Shown here in pieces: positions 1-10,067 of a stretch of 64,000 nucleotides of DNA (within the stretch, counting starts at the first letter, position 1; each line of letters starts with the position of its first letter). Made by a program: the position numbers and the translations under genes. The notes under the pieces were generated by a model. It saw nothing but the letters and a program-made list of their open reading frames with translations, was not told where the DNA came from and ran no database searches. The stretch is taken from NCBI GenBank assembly GCA_963836075.1, contig CAWIIB010000001.1, positions 1,504,001 to 1,568,000 of the forward strand, given 5' to 3'. The stretch comes from an uncultured Acidobacteriota bacterium. GTDB taxonomy: Bacteria > Acidobacteriota > JAQAZP01.

Positions 1-269
1 ACTTCCAACGTACCCTGGTTCAGGTAAATGCGGACCTTTCCGAAACCACTCTCGCACCCTCCATCACCGACGACCAGATCTGCCAGGCCATCGTTGTTCC
101 AGTCCACATAGGAAGGGACGGAGTTTCCGTCAACAACCAGATCCTCCCCCCCGGCCTGAACCACTTCTCCGGCACCCAGGTTGAACAGGGCAAAAGCCGG
201 AAGACCAGCAATCAGACAAAGGAGGCCCACGCAACCTGCGCTGACCGTGCATTTGGTTGTCAGAGTCAT
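1..269 (-). CDS. Secreted FG-GAP/VCBS repeat protein, N-terminal part (runs off window start)
   Basis: Not in the ORF track. Translated by hand from ATG 269: MTLTTKCTVSAGCVGLLCLIAGLPAFALFNLGAGEVVQAGGEDLVVDGNSVPSYVDWNNDGLADLVVGDGG...KVRIYLNQG. It has a signal peptide, a DWNNDGxxDLVVG repeat and a purine-rich RBS upstream. Confidence 0.8.
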   Translation of the reverse strand, partial: MTLTTKCTVSAGCVGLLCLIAGLPAFALFNLGAGEVVQAGGEDLVVDGNSVPSYVDWNNDGLADLVVGDGGCESGFGKVRIYLNQGTLE

Positions 270-339
270 ATTTTCCCCCTGTCGCTCGCCGGAACCGGGT
301 GCATGTATAAATTCAAGAAGTTGGCGGAATCACTCATCA

Positions 340-355
340 TGAGTAAACGTACTCA
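340..355. promoter_or_regulatory. Palindrome TGAGTA-aacg-TACTCA between divergent genes, possible operator
   Basis: 6-bp inverted repeat in an AT-rich divergent intergenic region. The regulator is unknown. Confidence 0.25.
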
Positions 356-640
356 ATGACATAAAGTAAGTATACGGCATGCTGCCCGCGATTCGCCACC
401 TGCAGAGTTCGAGGTGCTATATTATCTAAGTCAAGCAGATGCGCTACCAGAGGCCGTACTCACGAACTGAGCCTCCGGAATAACCGGGACGGTCCACGTC
501 AGTCTCTTGATCGATCAGGAACGGTGATTATCCTTGATACGAACACACGCAGGTTGTATTGTCATATTGATATGAAAATAGCGGTGAGAGCGATAGCGCC
601 GTGAGGTAATTGTGGAACAGGAACTCCGGGGAGCAGCATC

Positions 641-2941
641 ATGAAAAGCAGATTCGATATCCTGGCGGCCGCGGGGATCATCATGGCCCTGCTTGGCGGG
701 GGGATGGCCTGGGCGCAAACAGAGGGCAAAGCCCCCGGCGACCCGCTGCGCCATGCGCTCTCCGGTCTCGGCCCCGGCCCGCTGTACGACCGGGTCCTGC
801 CGCTGGCCGGCGTGCCCGAGCTGGACGGGAGCGATTCGGCCCCGGTGGTCCCCATCAACCGCTGGCGCCAGGCGCTCTTCGAGCTGCGTCTCGCGTCGCT
901 GCCTGCCCCGCCGTCGTCCTGGCCCACCCCATTGCAGGTACGCGAGATGACGGCGGCCCTGGGAGGGGACGACGCGATTCCGCTGGCGGTGCTCGACGTG
1001 TCGTACAGTCGACTGCGGCCTGATTCGATCACCAGTGGCGCCCTCTCCATCGAGGGCGACCGCGTTGCCGTCTCCCCGGGTGCGTCCACCGCCGAATACC
1101 TCACCGCAGCGCGGGCCTTCGCGGCCACGGCCCTGGCGGCGCGGTCGTATCACGGCGAGAGCGTAACCTTCGTCCTGTCGCGAACCCTGTACGTGACCGG
1201 CGGGCCCCTGCCCGCACGCGTGGACGTGGACTTCGACGACGGTCTCGGCCTGCGCGAGGTGACGTTCGACACGCCGGTCACCGTGACCTATGCGAGCACC
1301 GGCCCGCGCACGTTGCACCTCCGTGCGAGCCACGCGGACGGCCATGTCCTGTGGAGCCGCTTCCCCTTCGAGGTGGCCGCGCTGCGCGCGCCCGCCCCGA
1401 GCGCGACCTGGCCGCTCACCGCGGACATCCCTTTCGAGGGCACGGCGGCGTCCGGTGAGGCCTATATCTATCTGGCGGACGGACATGCGTCGCTGGAGGA
1501 TCCGGTGGTGGTGATCGAGGGCTTCGACCTCGACGACAGCATGGGGTGGGACGTGCTGTACGACCTGCTGAACCAGGAGAACCTGCTCGAGGACCTGCGC
1601 GCGCAAGGACGCGACGCGGTGATCCTGAATTTCACGTCGGCCACGGACCCCATCCAGCGCAACGCGTATCTCGTCGTGAAACTGCTGCAGACGGTGCAGG
1701 CGGCGATCGCACCGGGCCGGGAGTTTCCCCTGGTGGGTGCGAGCATGGGCGGGCTGGTGTGCCGTTATGCGCTGTCCTACATGGAGCAGACGGCATTGCC
1801 CCACGGCGTGAACACCTTCGTCTCCTTCGACGCGCCGCAGCTGGGCGCCGACATCCCGCTGGGCATGCAGTACTGGCTGGACTTCTTCCAGGGCGAGTCG
1901 GAGGAGGCCGCGTACCTGCTCAGCCGTCTGGACACGCCGGCCGCGCGCCAGATGTTGCTCTATCACCACACGTCGCCACCGTCCTCCGGAGGCGTCGCCG
2001 ATCCGCAGCGCGCCGCGTTCCTGGCCGATCTGGCGGCCCTCGGAGATTACCCGGCACAGCCGCGCCTGGTGGCGGTGGTCAATGGCAGCGGCCACGGCGC
2101 GAACCAGGGTTTCGCGGCTGGTGAGCAGATCGTGCACTGGGAGTACGCCAGCTTTCTCGTCGACATCACCGGCAACATCTGGGCCGTGCCCGACGGCGCC
2201 GGCCAGCTCATTTTCGACGGCGAGATCGACCTCATCTGGCCTCTGGAGGATTCGTTCATGTCGGTCACCGTTTCCGGCACCCGGCCGTGGGACAACGCGC
2301 CGGGCGGCTCCCGCGCTTCGATGGCGGAAATGGACGCAGTCGAGGCTCCCTACGGCGACATCATCGCCTTGCACCCGGCGCACGCGTTCATCCCCACGGT
2401 CAGCGCCCTCGCCCTCGCCGTGGACGACCCCTTCCACGATATCGCCGGCGACCCCGACCTCCTCTCTCTTACGCCTTTCGCGGCGGTGTACTTTCCCGTC
2501 GAGAACCAGGAACACATCCTCATCACGCCCGAGAACAAGGCGTGGCTCCTCGCTGAGCTCGCGGGCCCGATCTCCACGGTCGCCGCAGGATTGACCTGTG
2601 AGCCTTCTTCGGGGACGCTGCCCTTCGCTACGACGATGACCGCCGTGCTGGACAACCTCTACGCGCAGCAGGTCCGGCGGATCGCCGGACGGATCGACAT
2701 CGACCTGGCGGGGGGGCAGCACTACTCGAACTGGCGCTCCGGCTGGACCAACATCGACGCCGGGGGGAGCTTTGCCTCGTCCTGGAACCAGGCCCTGCCG
2801 GCGCTGGGCAGCCTGGTCGGGCCGAACGACTTCCGGCTCCTGGCGGCGGATGTCACGCCGTCGCCGTACAACCAGCCGCCCTACCCGCCGGCCGGAGACA
2901 CCGACACGGCCAACTGCACGGTGACGGGGATCGCGCCGTAA
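641..2941 (+). CDS. Secreted alpha/beta-hydrolase (esterase/lipase-like) with C-terminal CTD-A module
   Basis: Signal peptide ending AWA; VVIEGFD, nucleophile elbow GASMGG, SFDAPQLGA. The last ~120 aa are LTCEPSSGTLPF...DVTPSPYNQPPYPPAGDTDTANCTVTGIAP. Confidence 0.85.
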   Translation: MKSRFDILAAAGIIMALLGGGMAWAQTEGKAPGDPLRHALSGLGPGPLYDRVLPLAGVPELDGSDSAPVVPINRWRQALFELRLASLPAPPSSWPTPLQVREMTAALGGDDAIPLAVLDVSYSRLRPDSITSGALSIEGDRVAVSPGASTAEYLTAARAFAATALAARSYHGESVTFVLSRTLYVTGGPLPARVDVDFDDGLGLREVTFDTPVTVTYASTGPRTLHLRASHADGHVLWSRFPFEVAALRAPAPSATWPLTADIPFEGTAASGEAYIYLADGHASLEDPVVVIEGFDLDDSMGWDVLYDLLNQENLLEDLRAQGRDAVILNFTSATDPIQRNAYLVVKLLQTVQAAIAPGREFPLVGASMGGLVCRYALSYMEQTALPHGVNTFVSFDAPQLGADIPLGMQYWLDFFQGESEEAAYLLSRLDTPAARQMLLYHHTSPPSSGGVADPQRAAFLADLAALGDYPAQPRLVAVVNGSGHGANQGFAAGEQIVHWEYASFLVDITGNIWAVPDGAGQLIFDGEIDLIWPLEDSFMSVTVSGTRPWDNAPGGSRASMAEMDAVEAPYGDIIALHPAHAFIPTVSALALAVDDPFHDIAGDPDLLSLTPFAAVYFPVENQEHILITPENKAWLLAELAGPISTVAAGLTCEPSSGTLPFATTMTAVLDNLYAQQVRRIAGRIDIDLAGGQHYSNWRSGWTNIDAGGSFASSWNQALPALGSLVGPNDFRLLAADVTPSPYNQPPYPPAGDTDTANCTVTGIAP

Positions 2942-3078
2942 GCTGACAGATTAGAGGTCTGAGGTTTCTGGCCGGGGCTCAGTCTCCTGGCGGGGTTGGG
3001 GCCAGGCGAACACCTGCCGGAACGTTCTCCCTTGTAGCGGCCCGGGGAGCCAGCATCCAGGAAGGGGGACTATGCATT

Positions 3079-4683
3079 TCACATGTCATGACGATACAAA
3101 TCATCTTTCGCCATTTTCAGTTTCTCCGGATAGGAACCCTTCTTAAAATCCTTTAGCCATCTTTTCAGCATAATATATCCACCAAATCGGAGCAGATAGT
3201 TTCTGTAGTATTTCCTGTACCATTTATTAAATGCTGACGTTATGTATTTAACTCTACCTATAAATATCGTAAATGATGAAAAAATGACGATGCGGGGGAA
3301 GTGAAAGAGAATATTCTTAACGATTTTCAGGAAATTCCGAAAATTATAAAAGTTCGACATTATTCTCCCCACCGCCCGCTGCAGTTCCTCGGGAGTGACA
3401 TTGTCGTCAGGTACATATAGTGGAAACTGGCCGTCATAATATTCCCAGCCCAGCCTGTGTAACGGATACAGGCGACGCGTGTTTTCAAGCCGCGCGCGAA
3501 GTTCAGTACCTGGAAGTGGCATGGTCATAAGAACCTGAACCGTATCAATTTTTGCCTTCTGAATAAACTTCCGGAATTCCATTACCTTCTGATCCAGTGG
3601 GATACAAAATTTTTCATCAGGTCTTTTTGGATAACCGAATATAAACATCCCGTGAATAAAAAACCCGTGTTCATGAAAGTTTTTTGTCCACTGCAACATG
3701 TCTTTGGCAAGATAGCCCTTTTTCATCGCAATCAATTCCTGGTCGATGGGCGATTCATAGCCGATGCATATTGCGGATATATTTGCTTCCTTCATGCTTT
3801 GTAACAGTTCAGGATATTTGGCGTCGGTGATACGTGTTTGTACAGTAATCTTCAACCGAATATTATGTTTCTGTTGATACGCTGCAAGGAGTTTACAAAA
3901 CTCGATAGCCTCCTCCCGGTTGGCAGCAAAATGATCGCTTGCTTCAAAAAAGTGACGGACTTTTTTGTTTTCCACGAGATATTCGATCTGTTCCATAATT
4001 TTCTTCGGGCTCGCACATCTTGCTTTTTCTTTGACCGCGCAAAATTCACATCGCAGGTTGCATCCCCGGGTACGGTTGATGGGATAGTATTTCATCTTTG
4101 CGTAGCGAAGGAGATTGAAATCAGGCATGGGAAGTTTGTCAAAATCATGGATCAAGGGTCTTTCAGGAGTTTTGAACACATTGCTGTTTTTTAGAAAGGC
4201 GATACCGTCAACTGTATCCAGCGGCGCTCCCTTCTCCCACGCCAACAGCACTTCCCGTATGGTCAGCTCACCCTCCCTGAAAACAACGACATCAATATTG
4301 TTCGCCAGTGCCTCCTCGGGCAGATTTTCAATATGCTTACCGCCGGCAACTGTTCTCGCGCCCTCTTCTTTGTAGACCAGGGCTAATTCGTAAAGTCGGG
4401 GGATGGTAGAAGATATGGAGCCGTAAAAACCCACTACGTCGGCGGGGCGTTCTTTTTGCAGCTTCCGGTGATCAATCTGGCCATCGTCAGTCCTGGGACA
4501 ATATCTGCCGTGACAATTGTTCTCATCAATTATTTCAACATCCCACAATTCCAGCTTGCTCGCCACCGTGGCAACATAAACGGGACCTACCGATGTTGGA
4601 CTGCTGGCCGCAAATGTGTAAATATTGAAGTTTGGAAATGATGGAATGATTATTCGCAGGCGATATCTTTTACTTTGTGCCAT
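3079..4683 (-). CDS. B12-binding radical SAM protein
   Basis: RGCNLRCEFC (CxxxCxxC); N-terminal cobalamin-binding-like region (VAGGKH...VVFREGE); IGYES and MPLPGTEL motifs. Visibly AT-rich compared with the flanks. Confidence 0.85.
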   Translation of the reverse strand: MAQSKRYRLRIIIPSFPNFNIYTFAASSPTSVGPVYVATVASKLELWDVEIIDENNCHGRYCPRTDDGQIDHRKLQKERPADVVGFYGSISSTIPRLYELALVYKEEGARTVAGGKHIENLPEEALANNIDVVVFREGELTIREVLLAWEKGAPLDTVDGIAFLKNSNVFKTPERPLIHDFDKLPMPDFNLLRYAKMKYYPINRTRGCNLRCEFCAVKEKARCASPKKIMEQIEYLVENKKVRHFFEASDHFAANREEAIEFCKLLAAYQQKHNIRLKITVQTRITDAKYPELLQSMKEANISAICIGYESPIDQELIAMKKGYLAKDMLQWTKNFHEHGFFIHGMFIFGYPKRPDEKFCIPLDQKVMEFRKFIQKAKIDTVQVLMTMPLPGTELRARLENTRRLYPLHRLGWEYYDGQFPLYVPDDNVTPEELQRAVGRIMSNFYNFRNFLKIVKNILFHFPRIVIFSSFTIFIGRVKYITSAFNKWYRKYYRNYLLRFGGYIMLKRWLKDFKKGSYPEKLKMAKDDLYRHDM

Positions 4684-5157
4684 GTGATTCTATCTCCGGC
4701 TGTGCGTTGCATCATCTCTGCCGTATTCACGAACTGCTGCAACACCGCCTGACGAAGCCGCTCCCTTACCCTACCCCGGCCAAGCAGGACTTCCACCGGA
4801 TGGATGCAAGTTGTACCAGTAGCGAAGCAGATGCAAATGGTACGTGAAATGTGCTGCCGCTGATGGGTGACACGCGCTGCTTCAATAAGGATAGGCCTAT
4901 TCTTGCCTTATCGTCAAGTTCAGTTCCTCTATCGCGAAAGTCAGTGTGAAGATGAATAAAAGCGGATCTGGATTGGCTCTTTTTTCCGTCTCCGTTGGTG
5001 TGGTTTAAATCATCTAACCGTCCAGTCGGGCCGTCATTGATTGAGTTGTCCGCATACTGTAATATATCAATAACTTAGACGGTTGACCGGCAATAATGGA
5101 GACACGAGGTGTCGCACCGAAGCAGTGGTCTTTTCGAATCAGGAGTTGGAAGAAGTG

Positions 5158-7625
5158 ATGAACTACAGTTTCAGATCAAGGGCCCGCGCCCTGTCAATCC
5201 TTGCCCTGCTGCTCTGCGTATTCCTGTTCACTGCGAGCGGCCTCGCCGAAGAATCACGGCCCCTCCTGACACCCGAGCAGCAGAAGTGGCTGGATGAGAA
5301 CCCGCACAGCCTCCCCATCTGGATGACCCCGGAGGAGCAAGCGCGCAAGGATGAGATCGGCATCAACTTCCGCGGCACGGCGGCGCCTCCGGTGCCGGTG
5401 CGCATGGCCGGCGAGTTCGAGCCGGTGACCGGCGTGCTGATCCGCTGGCCCCTGGGCATCCCCTACGACCTGATTGCCGAGATGTCCGAGGACGTGGAGG
5501 TCTGGACCATCGTCGGCAGCGCTTCACAGCAGAGCACTCGGCGGAAAGCGCCTACAGTTCCAGCGGCGTGAACATGGCCAACTGCCACTTCTTCATCGCC
5601 GGCACCGACTCCTACTGGACCCGGGACTACGGGCCCTGGTATGTCTACACCGGCAACGACGAGCAGGGTATCGTCGACCACATCTACAACCGCCCGCGGC
5701 CCAACGATGACGAGATCCCCCAGGAGTTCGGCGACTACCTCGGCATCCCGGTCTACGGCATGGACCTGGTGGCCACCGGCGGCAACTGGATGTGTGACGG
5801 CCGCGGCGTGGGCATGAGCACCCGTCTGATCCTCGACGAGAACCCGGGGATGACCGGGGCCCAGGTGGACCAGATCCTCCTCGACTACTGCGGCATCACC
5901 GACTACTACCCGCTGCCCTACACCGAGTCGGGCGGCATCCATCACATCGACTGCACCAAGAAGTTTCTCGACGTGGACACCATCCTGGTGGAGCAGAAGA
6001 CTCCCGCCGACCCGGAACTGGAGGCCAACGTGGCCTACCTCCGGACCCTGACCAGTTCCTGGGGCACGCCGTACGAGATCATCCGGGTGCCGGTGGGCAA
6101 CGGCTACACCGAGGCCTACACCAACTCGCTGATCCTGAACACCAAGGTGCTGGTGCCCACCTTCGGCACCTCCAATGACGCCGTGGCGCTGCAGATCTAC
6201 GAGGATGCCATGCCGGGCTACGAGATCATCGGCTTCGACGGCTCCTGGCTCTCCGACGACGCGATCCACTGCCGGGCCAAGGGGATCATGGACCGCTACA
6301 TGCTGTACATCGATCACACCCCGCTGACCGATCCCCAGGTATCCGGCGGCAGCTACCTGGTGACCGCCGAAATCCACCCCTACAGCGGTCAGCCGGTCAG
6401 CTCCGGATCCCCCCAGCTGCGCTACAGCTTGAACGGCGACCCGTTCACCAGCGTCACCATGACCAGCACCGGCGGCGACAGTTGGCAGGGCACCATCCCG
6501 GCCCAGGCTGACGGCACCTCGGTCCGCTACTACATCCACGCCGAGGACGACTCCGGCCGGGCGGAGAATCACCCCTACATCGGATCCGCCGGCGCGCACC
6601 GGTTCGTGGTATCCAGCACCGGCTCCTACCTGATCGCGGGGCCCGGTCCGGGTGAGGCCAACCCACCGCTGGTGCGGGTCTTCCCGCCCGGGCAGGATGC
6701 GGCACACGTGTACGAGTTCAGCGCCTACGGCGCGTCGCAGTATGGCGTGAACGTCTCTTGCGGGGATGTGACCGGTGACGGGTTTGACAAAATCCTCACC
6801 GGTGCCGGGCCGGGAGCGATTTACGGCCCCCACGTGCGCGGCTTCTCCGTGGACGGCACGCCTCTGGCCGGGCTGAACTTCCTGGCCTACGGCACCAACA
6901 AGTACGGGGTGAATGTTTCGGCGGGCGACCTCGACGGCGACGGCTTCGACGAGATCGTCACCGGCGCCGGTCCGGGTGCGGTATTCGGGCCCCACGTGCG
7001 CGCATTTGACTACGACGGCTCGCCGGGTATCACCCCCCTGTCCGGGGTGAACTACTTCGCCTACGGCACGCCCAAGTGGGGGGTCAATGTCACCTGTGGG
7101 GACATCGACGGCGACGGCTATGACGAAATCGTCACCGGCGCAGGCCCCGGGGCTGTGTATGGGCCACATGTCCGGGGATGGAACGTGGACGGCGGGACCG
7201 CGTCAGCCATGCCGGGAGTGAGCTTCCTGGCCTACGGTACGAACAAGTTCGGGGTGAATGTGAGTTGCGGGGACATGGACGGCGACGGGATGGACGAGAT
7301 CGTCACCGGGGCCGGTCCCGGTGCCGTGTTCGGCGCCCACGTGCGCGGCTGGAACTACGATGGTTCAACCGTAACCGAGTTGCCGGGGATCAACTTCTTT
7401 GCCTGGCCGTCGGGAGAGGGACGATACGGGGCGAAGGTCTGCGCCGGAACCGACCTGGACGATGACGGGCGGGCCGATCTGGTGGTTGGTCAGGGCCCGG
7501 ACCCGTCTGCGGCCACGCCGGTCAAGGTCTACCGCTACGACGGCGCGCAACTGACCCGGTGGTTCGACCTGGAGGCCTACACCGGCCTGACCCACGGGAC
7601 CACCGTGGCGGCCGGGAGGTTCTGA
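5158..7625 (+). CDS. Secreted agmatine/peptidyl-arginine deiminase family protein with C-terminal CTD-B FG-GAP module (frameshift near 5538)
   Basis: AGGAG RBS then ATG 5158 and a signal peptide. RMAGEFEP is in ORF 5083..5571; WTRDYGP, GGNW, HHIDC, YTNSLI and DAIHC are in ORF 5568..7625. The frames join at AGC ACT cg GCG GAA AGC. GAGPGAVFGPHVR repeats start at ~6630. Confidence 0.85.
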
Positions 7626-7656
7626 AATCCCTTCTGCGTGATCGAGGCGCTCAGCT

Positions 7657-8350
7657 CTATTTTTTCGCTTTTTTCTGCCGCTCCTTCTCCGCCTTGCGAT
7701 AGGCCTTGTAATTCGCCCTCGCCTCCTTATCGGTCATGATTTTGAACGGCACCTTGAGCTGGGCCCTGTCGAACTGGACAAGGAGCCAGGACCTGGCCGT
7801 ACTGGGTGCCGCCGGGAACATTGAAGAACAGGCGGCCGAGGCTTGCACGCCCGTTGGTCAGCTCGATCTTTTCACAGGGCATGGGTGATTCCTCAGTGGG
7901 CGCCAAGAAGAAGCCGATTCGGCTTGTTCCGGTTGTCCCCGGCGGGAAGTGATTTATAGATTCCCCCTGCATGTTGGCTCTCTTGTTCAGCATCTTGAGC
8001 TCTCCTGCCGCTGCCCCGTATTCCTCCAGGGTGGCCAGGGCAATGACACTCCCCTCGGGGGTCAGCAGCTTGATCTCCCCACGCTCGAGATCCTGGCTCT
8101 CCTCCTCCTGGAGCAGCGTGATGCCCACATCCAGCAGCATCCAGTCTTCACCCACAAAGAAATTCGCCGGCTGGAAACCGAGCACTACCCACGCCTCCGT
8201 GTTGTAGACCACCCGGATATAAGTCCCTTTCATCTCCATCCTTGACCGCACCGCCGTCCTGGTCTCTTCTTCGGCCAGGCTGACACCGGCAGTGGTGATG
8301 GTGATCAGGGCGATAAGCAGCGCACTCCAACATTTCCGGTTACTCAACAA
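7657..8350 (-). CDS. Hypothetical secreted protein (probable frameshift near 7797)
   Basis: Signal peptide in ORF 7727..8350, with AGGAG upstream. After GTQYG the overlapping frame (RSWLLVQFDRAQLKVPFKIMTDKE...KKAKK, stop at 7657) is a more protein-like continuation. Confidence 0.6.
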
Positions 8351-8586
8351 TCGTTCTCCTCCTTGCAGGTAGCAGGACGTTCAACTGCACCGTCCGACAC
8401 AGTGAGCCCACCTGAACCCAATCCTCAGGGATTCAACTGAATTATTGAGCATGCTACAACCCGGAGGAGTGATTTTCAACCGATGGCGATTCAGCGGCAC
8501 GGCATTCCCCACCGTTCCGCCATCCATCAGTGCTGTCTTGGTGGGACGCCCACGTAGGAACCGGCGGCGGCAGGGAGTGAATCGCT

Positions 8587-9574
8587 TCAGGGAGCCGTGC
8601 CGCTGACCGTACACTGCGCCGTGTCGCTGTCGGCGGAGGGCAGGTAGGGCGGCTGATTGTACGGCGCCGGGGTCACGTCCTCGGCCAGCAGGGTGAACAC
8701 GTTGGCCCCCACCAGGGTGGCCAGCGCCGGCAGGTTCTGGGTCCAGGAGGTGCTGAACTCTTCACCGGCTGTCAGGTTGGTGTAGCCGGAACGCCAGTTG
8801 GTGAACTGGCTGCCCCCACCGGTGGTCAGATCAACCCGCCCGGCGACACGGCGGGTTTCCCCGGTGAGATTGCCCAGCTGCGCCTGGAAAGTGAAGCTGA
8901 AGGGCAACTGCCCGGAGGCCGGCACGCAGCTCAGCGTGGCGGTCACCGTGTCGGTTGGCCCGCCGGACGGCTTCACCGTAGATCTCAACGTCGTCGATGT
9001 TCCAGCCCGAATAGGCCCAGCCACCGGCGGCCTGAGTGACCTCATGGCCCCACCGCAGGTAGACCGTGGCCTGGTTGTCGGCAACGGCGGAGAGGTCGAA
9101 CACCTGCTCGTACCATGCATCGTCGGCGACTTCAGCAAAGCCGTTGTTCCAGAGCTCGGTCCAGTTCGAACCATCGCTGGACACCTCCACGGTGGCTACC
9201 ACCCAGGGCTGCCAGTCACTGTTCAGCCAGCGCTGGAAGTGGAGGCTCACCTGGGTCAGGTCGCTACAGTCGATCGCCGTGGTGCTCAGGTACATCGGGC
9301 CGGCTTCGACGAGGGCAAAATCCCCGTACAGGTTGATACCGTAAACGTTTGTGCCCGTAGCCCCGGCCGTGGGGTCGGGATAGCCGAACGAGTCGCCGCC
9401 CAGACCCTGGGGCTGGCCGAACTGCCACTCCCCTTCCATGGTCCATCCGGGCTCGGTATCCATGTTCCAGGAATACTGCACCACCGGCTCAGCGGATACG
9501 CCGCCGGCGGTCAGGGCGGCGAAAATCAGTGCGAGAAAGATGAAAGCAACAGCACCAAATATCTGACGTCTCAT
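8587..9574 (-). CDS. Small secreted protein: jelly-roll/MAM-like domain plus CTD-A (frameshift near 8972)
   Basis: ORF 8831..9574 has a signal peptide and GWTMEGEWQFGQP...GWNIDDVEIYG. It continues in the frame of ORF 8587..9174 as PSGGPTDTVTATLSCVPASGQLPF...DVTPAPYNQPPY...CTVSGTAP. Confidence 0.8.
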
Positions 9575-10067
9575 GAAGTGTCTCCAAAGGATGGGAATCT
9601 AAGTGGAACATTTCTTTTCCCATTATAAACATCAATCAAATACATTGTCAACTAATTTAGTAGAGTATCGAGATGTCAAACCCGCAATGCCGGAGGGCTG
9701 GTACGGTTCCCACGTCAGCATGCAGGCGATGGGCGTGCGGTTCCATTTCTTTTGCCTTTTTTCCAATTTCAGTCATCTTTGAAAAGAGATTTCACCATCA
9801 GGTGTGACCGGCCGGTGATGCGTTCATCCCTGAATTCGACGCGCTGGTCACGCCATCGCTACGCCTGGTCACATTCACCAGTCCTGTTGACATTACTCGA
9901 TGAAACCAATCCACATTACGATGCGTTCAGGCTTGTTAGCGACGAGGTGCAGGACAGTACATCAGCCGGCAATGCCCTGTTCCCGCGTTGCAACAATTTA
10001 CAGGGCTGCGGCAATTTCTGCTGCGGTTCACACGGGTTTCGCATCGCAACAGATTGGAGCACCATCC

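Noticed and set aside
6630-7625. Regularly spaced DNA repeats resembling a CRISPR array or DGR template/variable repeats
   Set aside because: They are in-frame protein repeats (~57 aa) with synonymous variation. There are no cas genes, no reverse transcriptase and no adenine-specific divergence.
9842-9872. Short direct repeat CTGGTCAC x2 upstream of the 10068 gene
   Set aside because: It is too short to distinguish from chance in GC-rich DNA.
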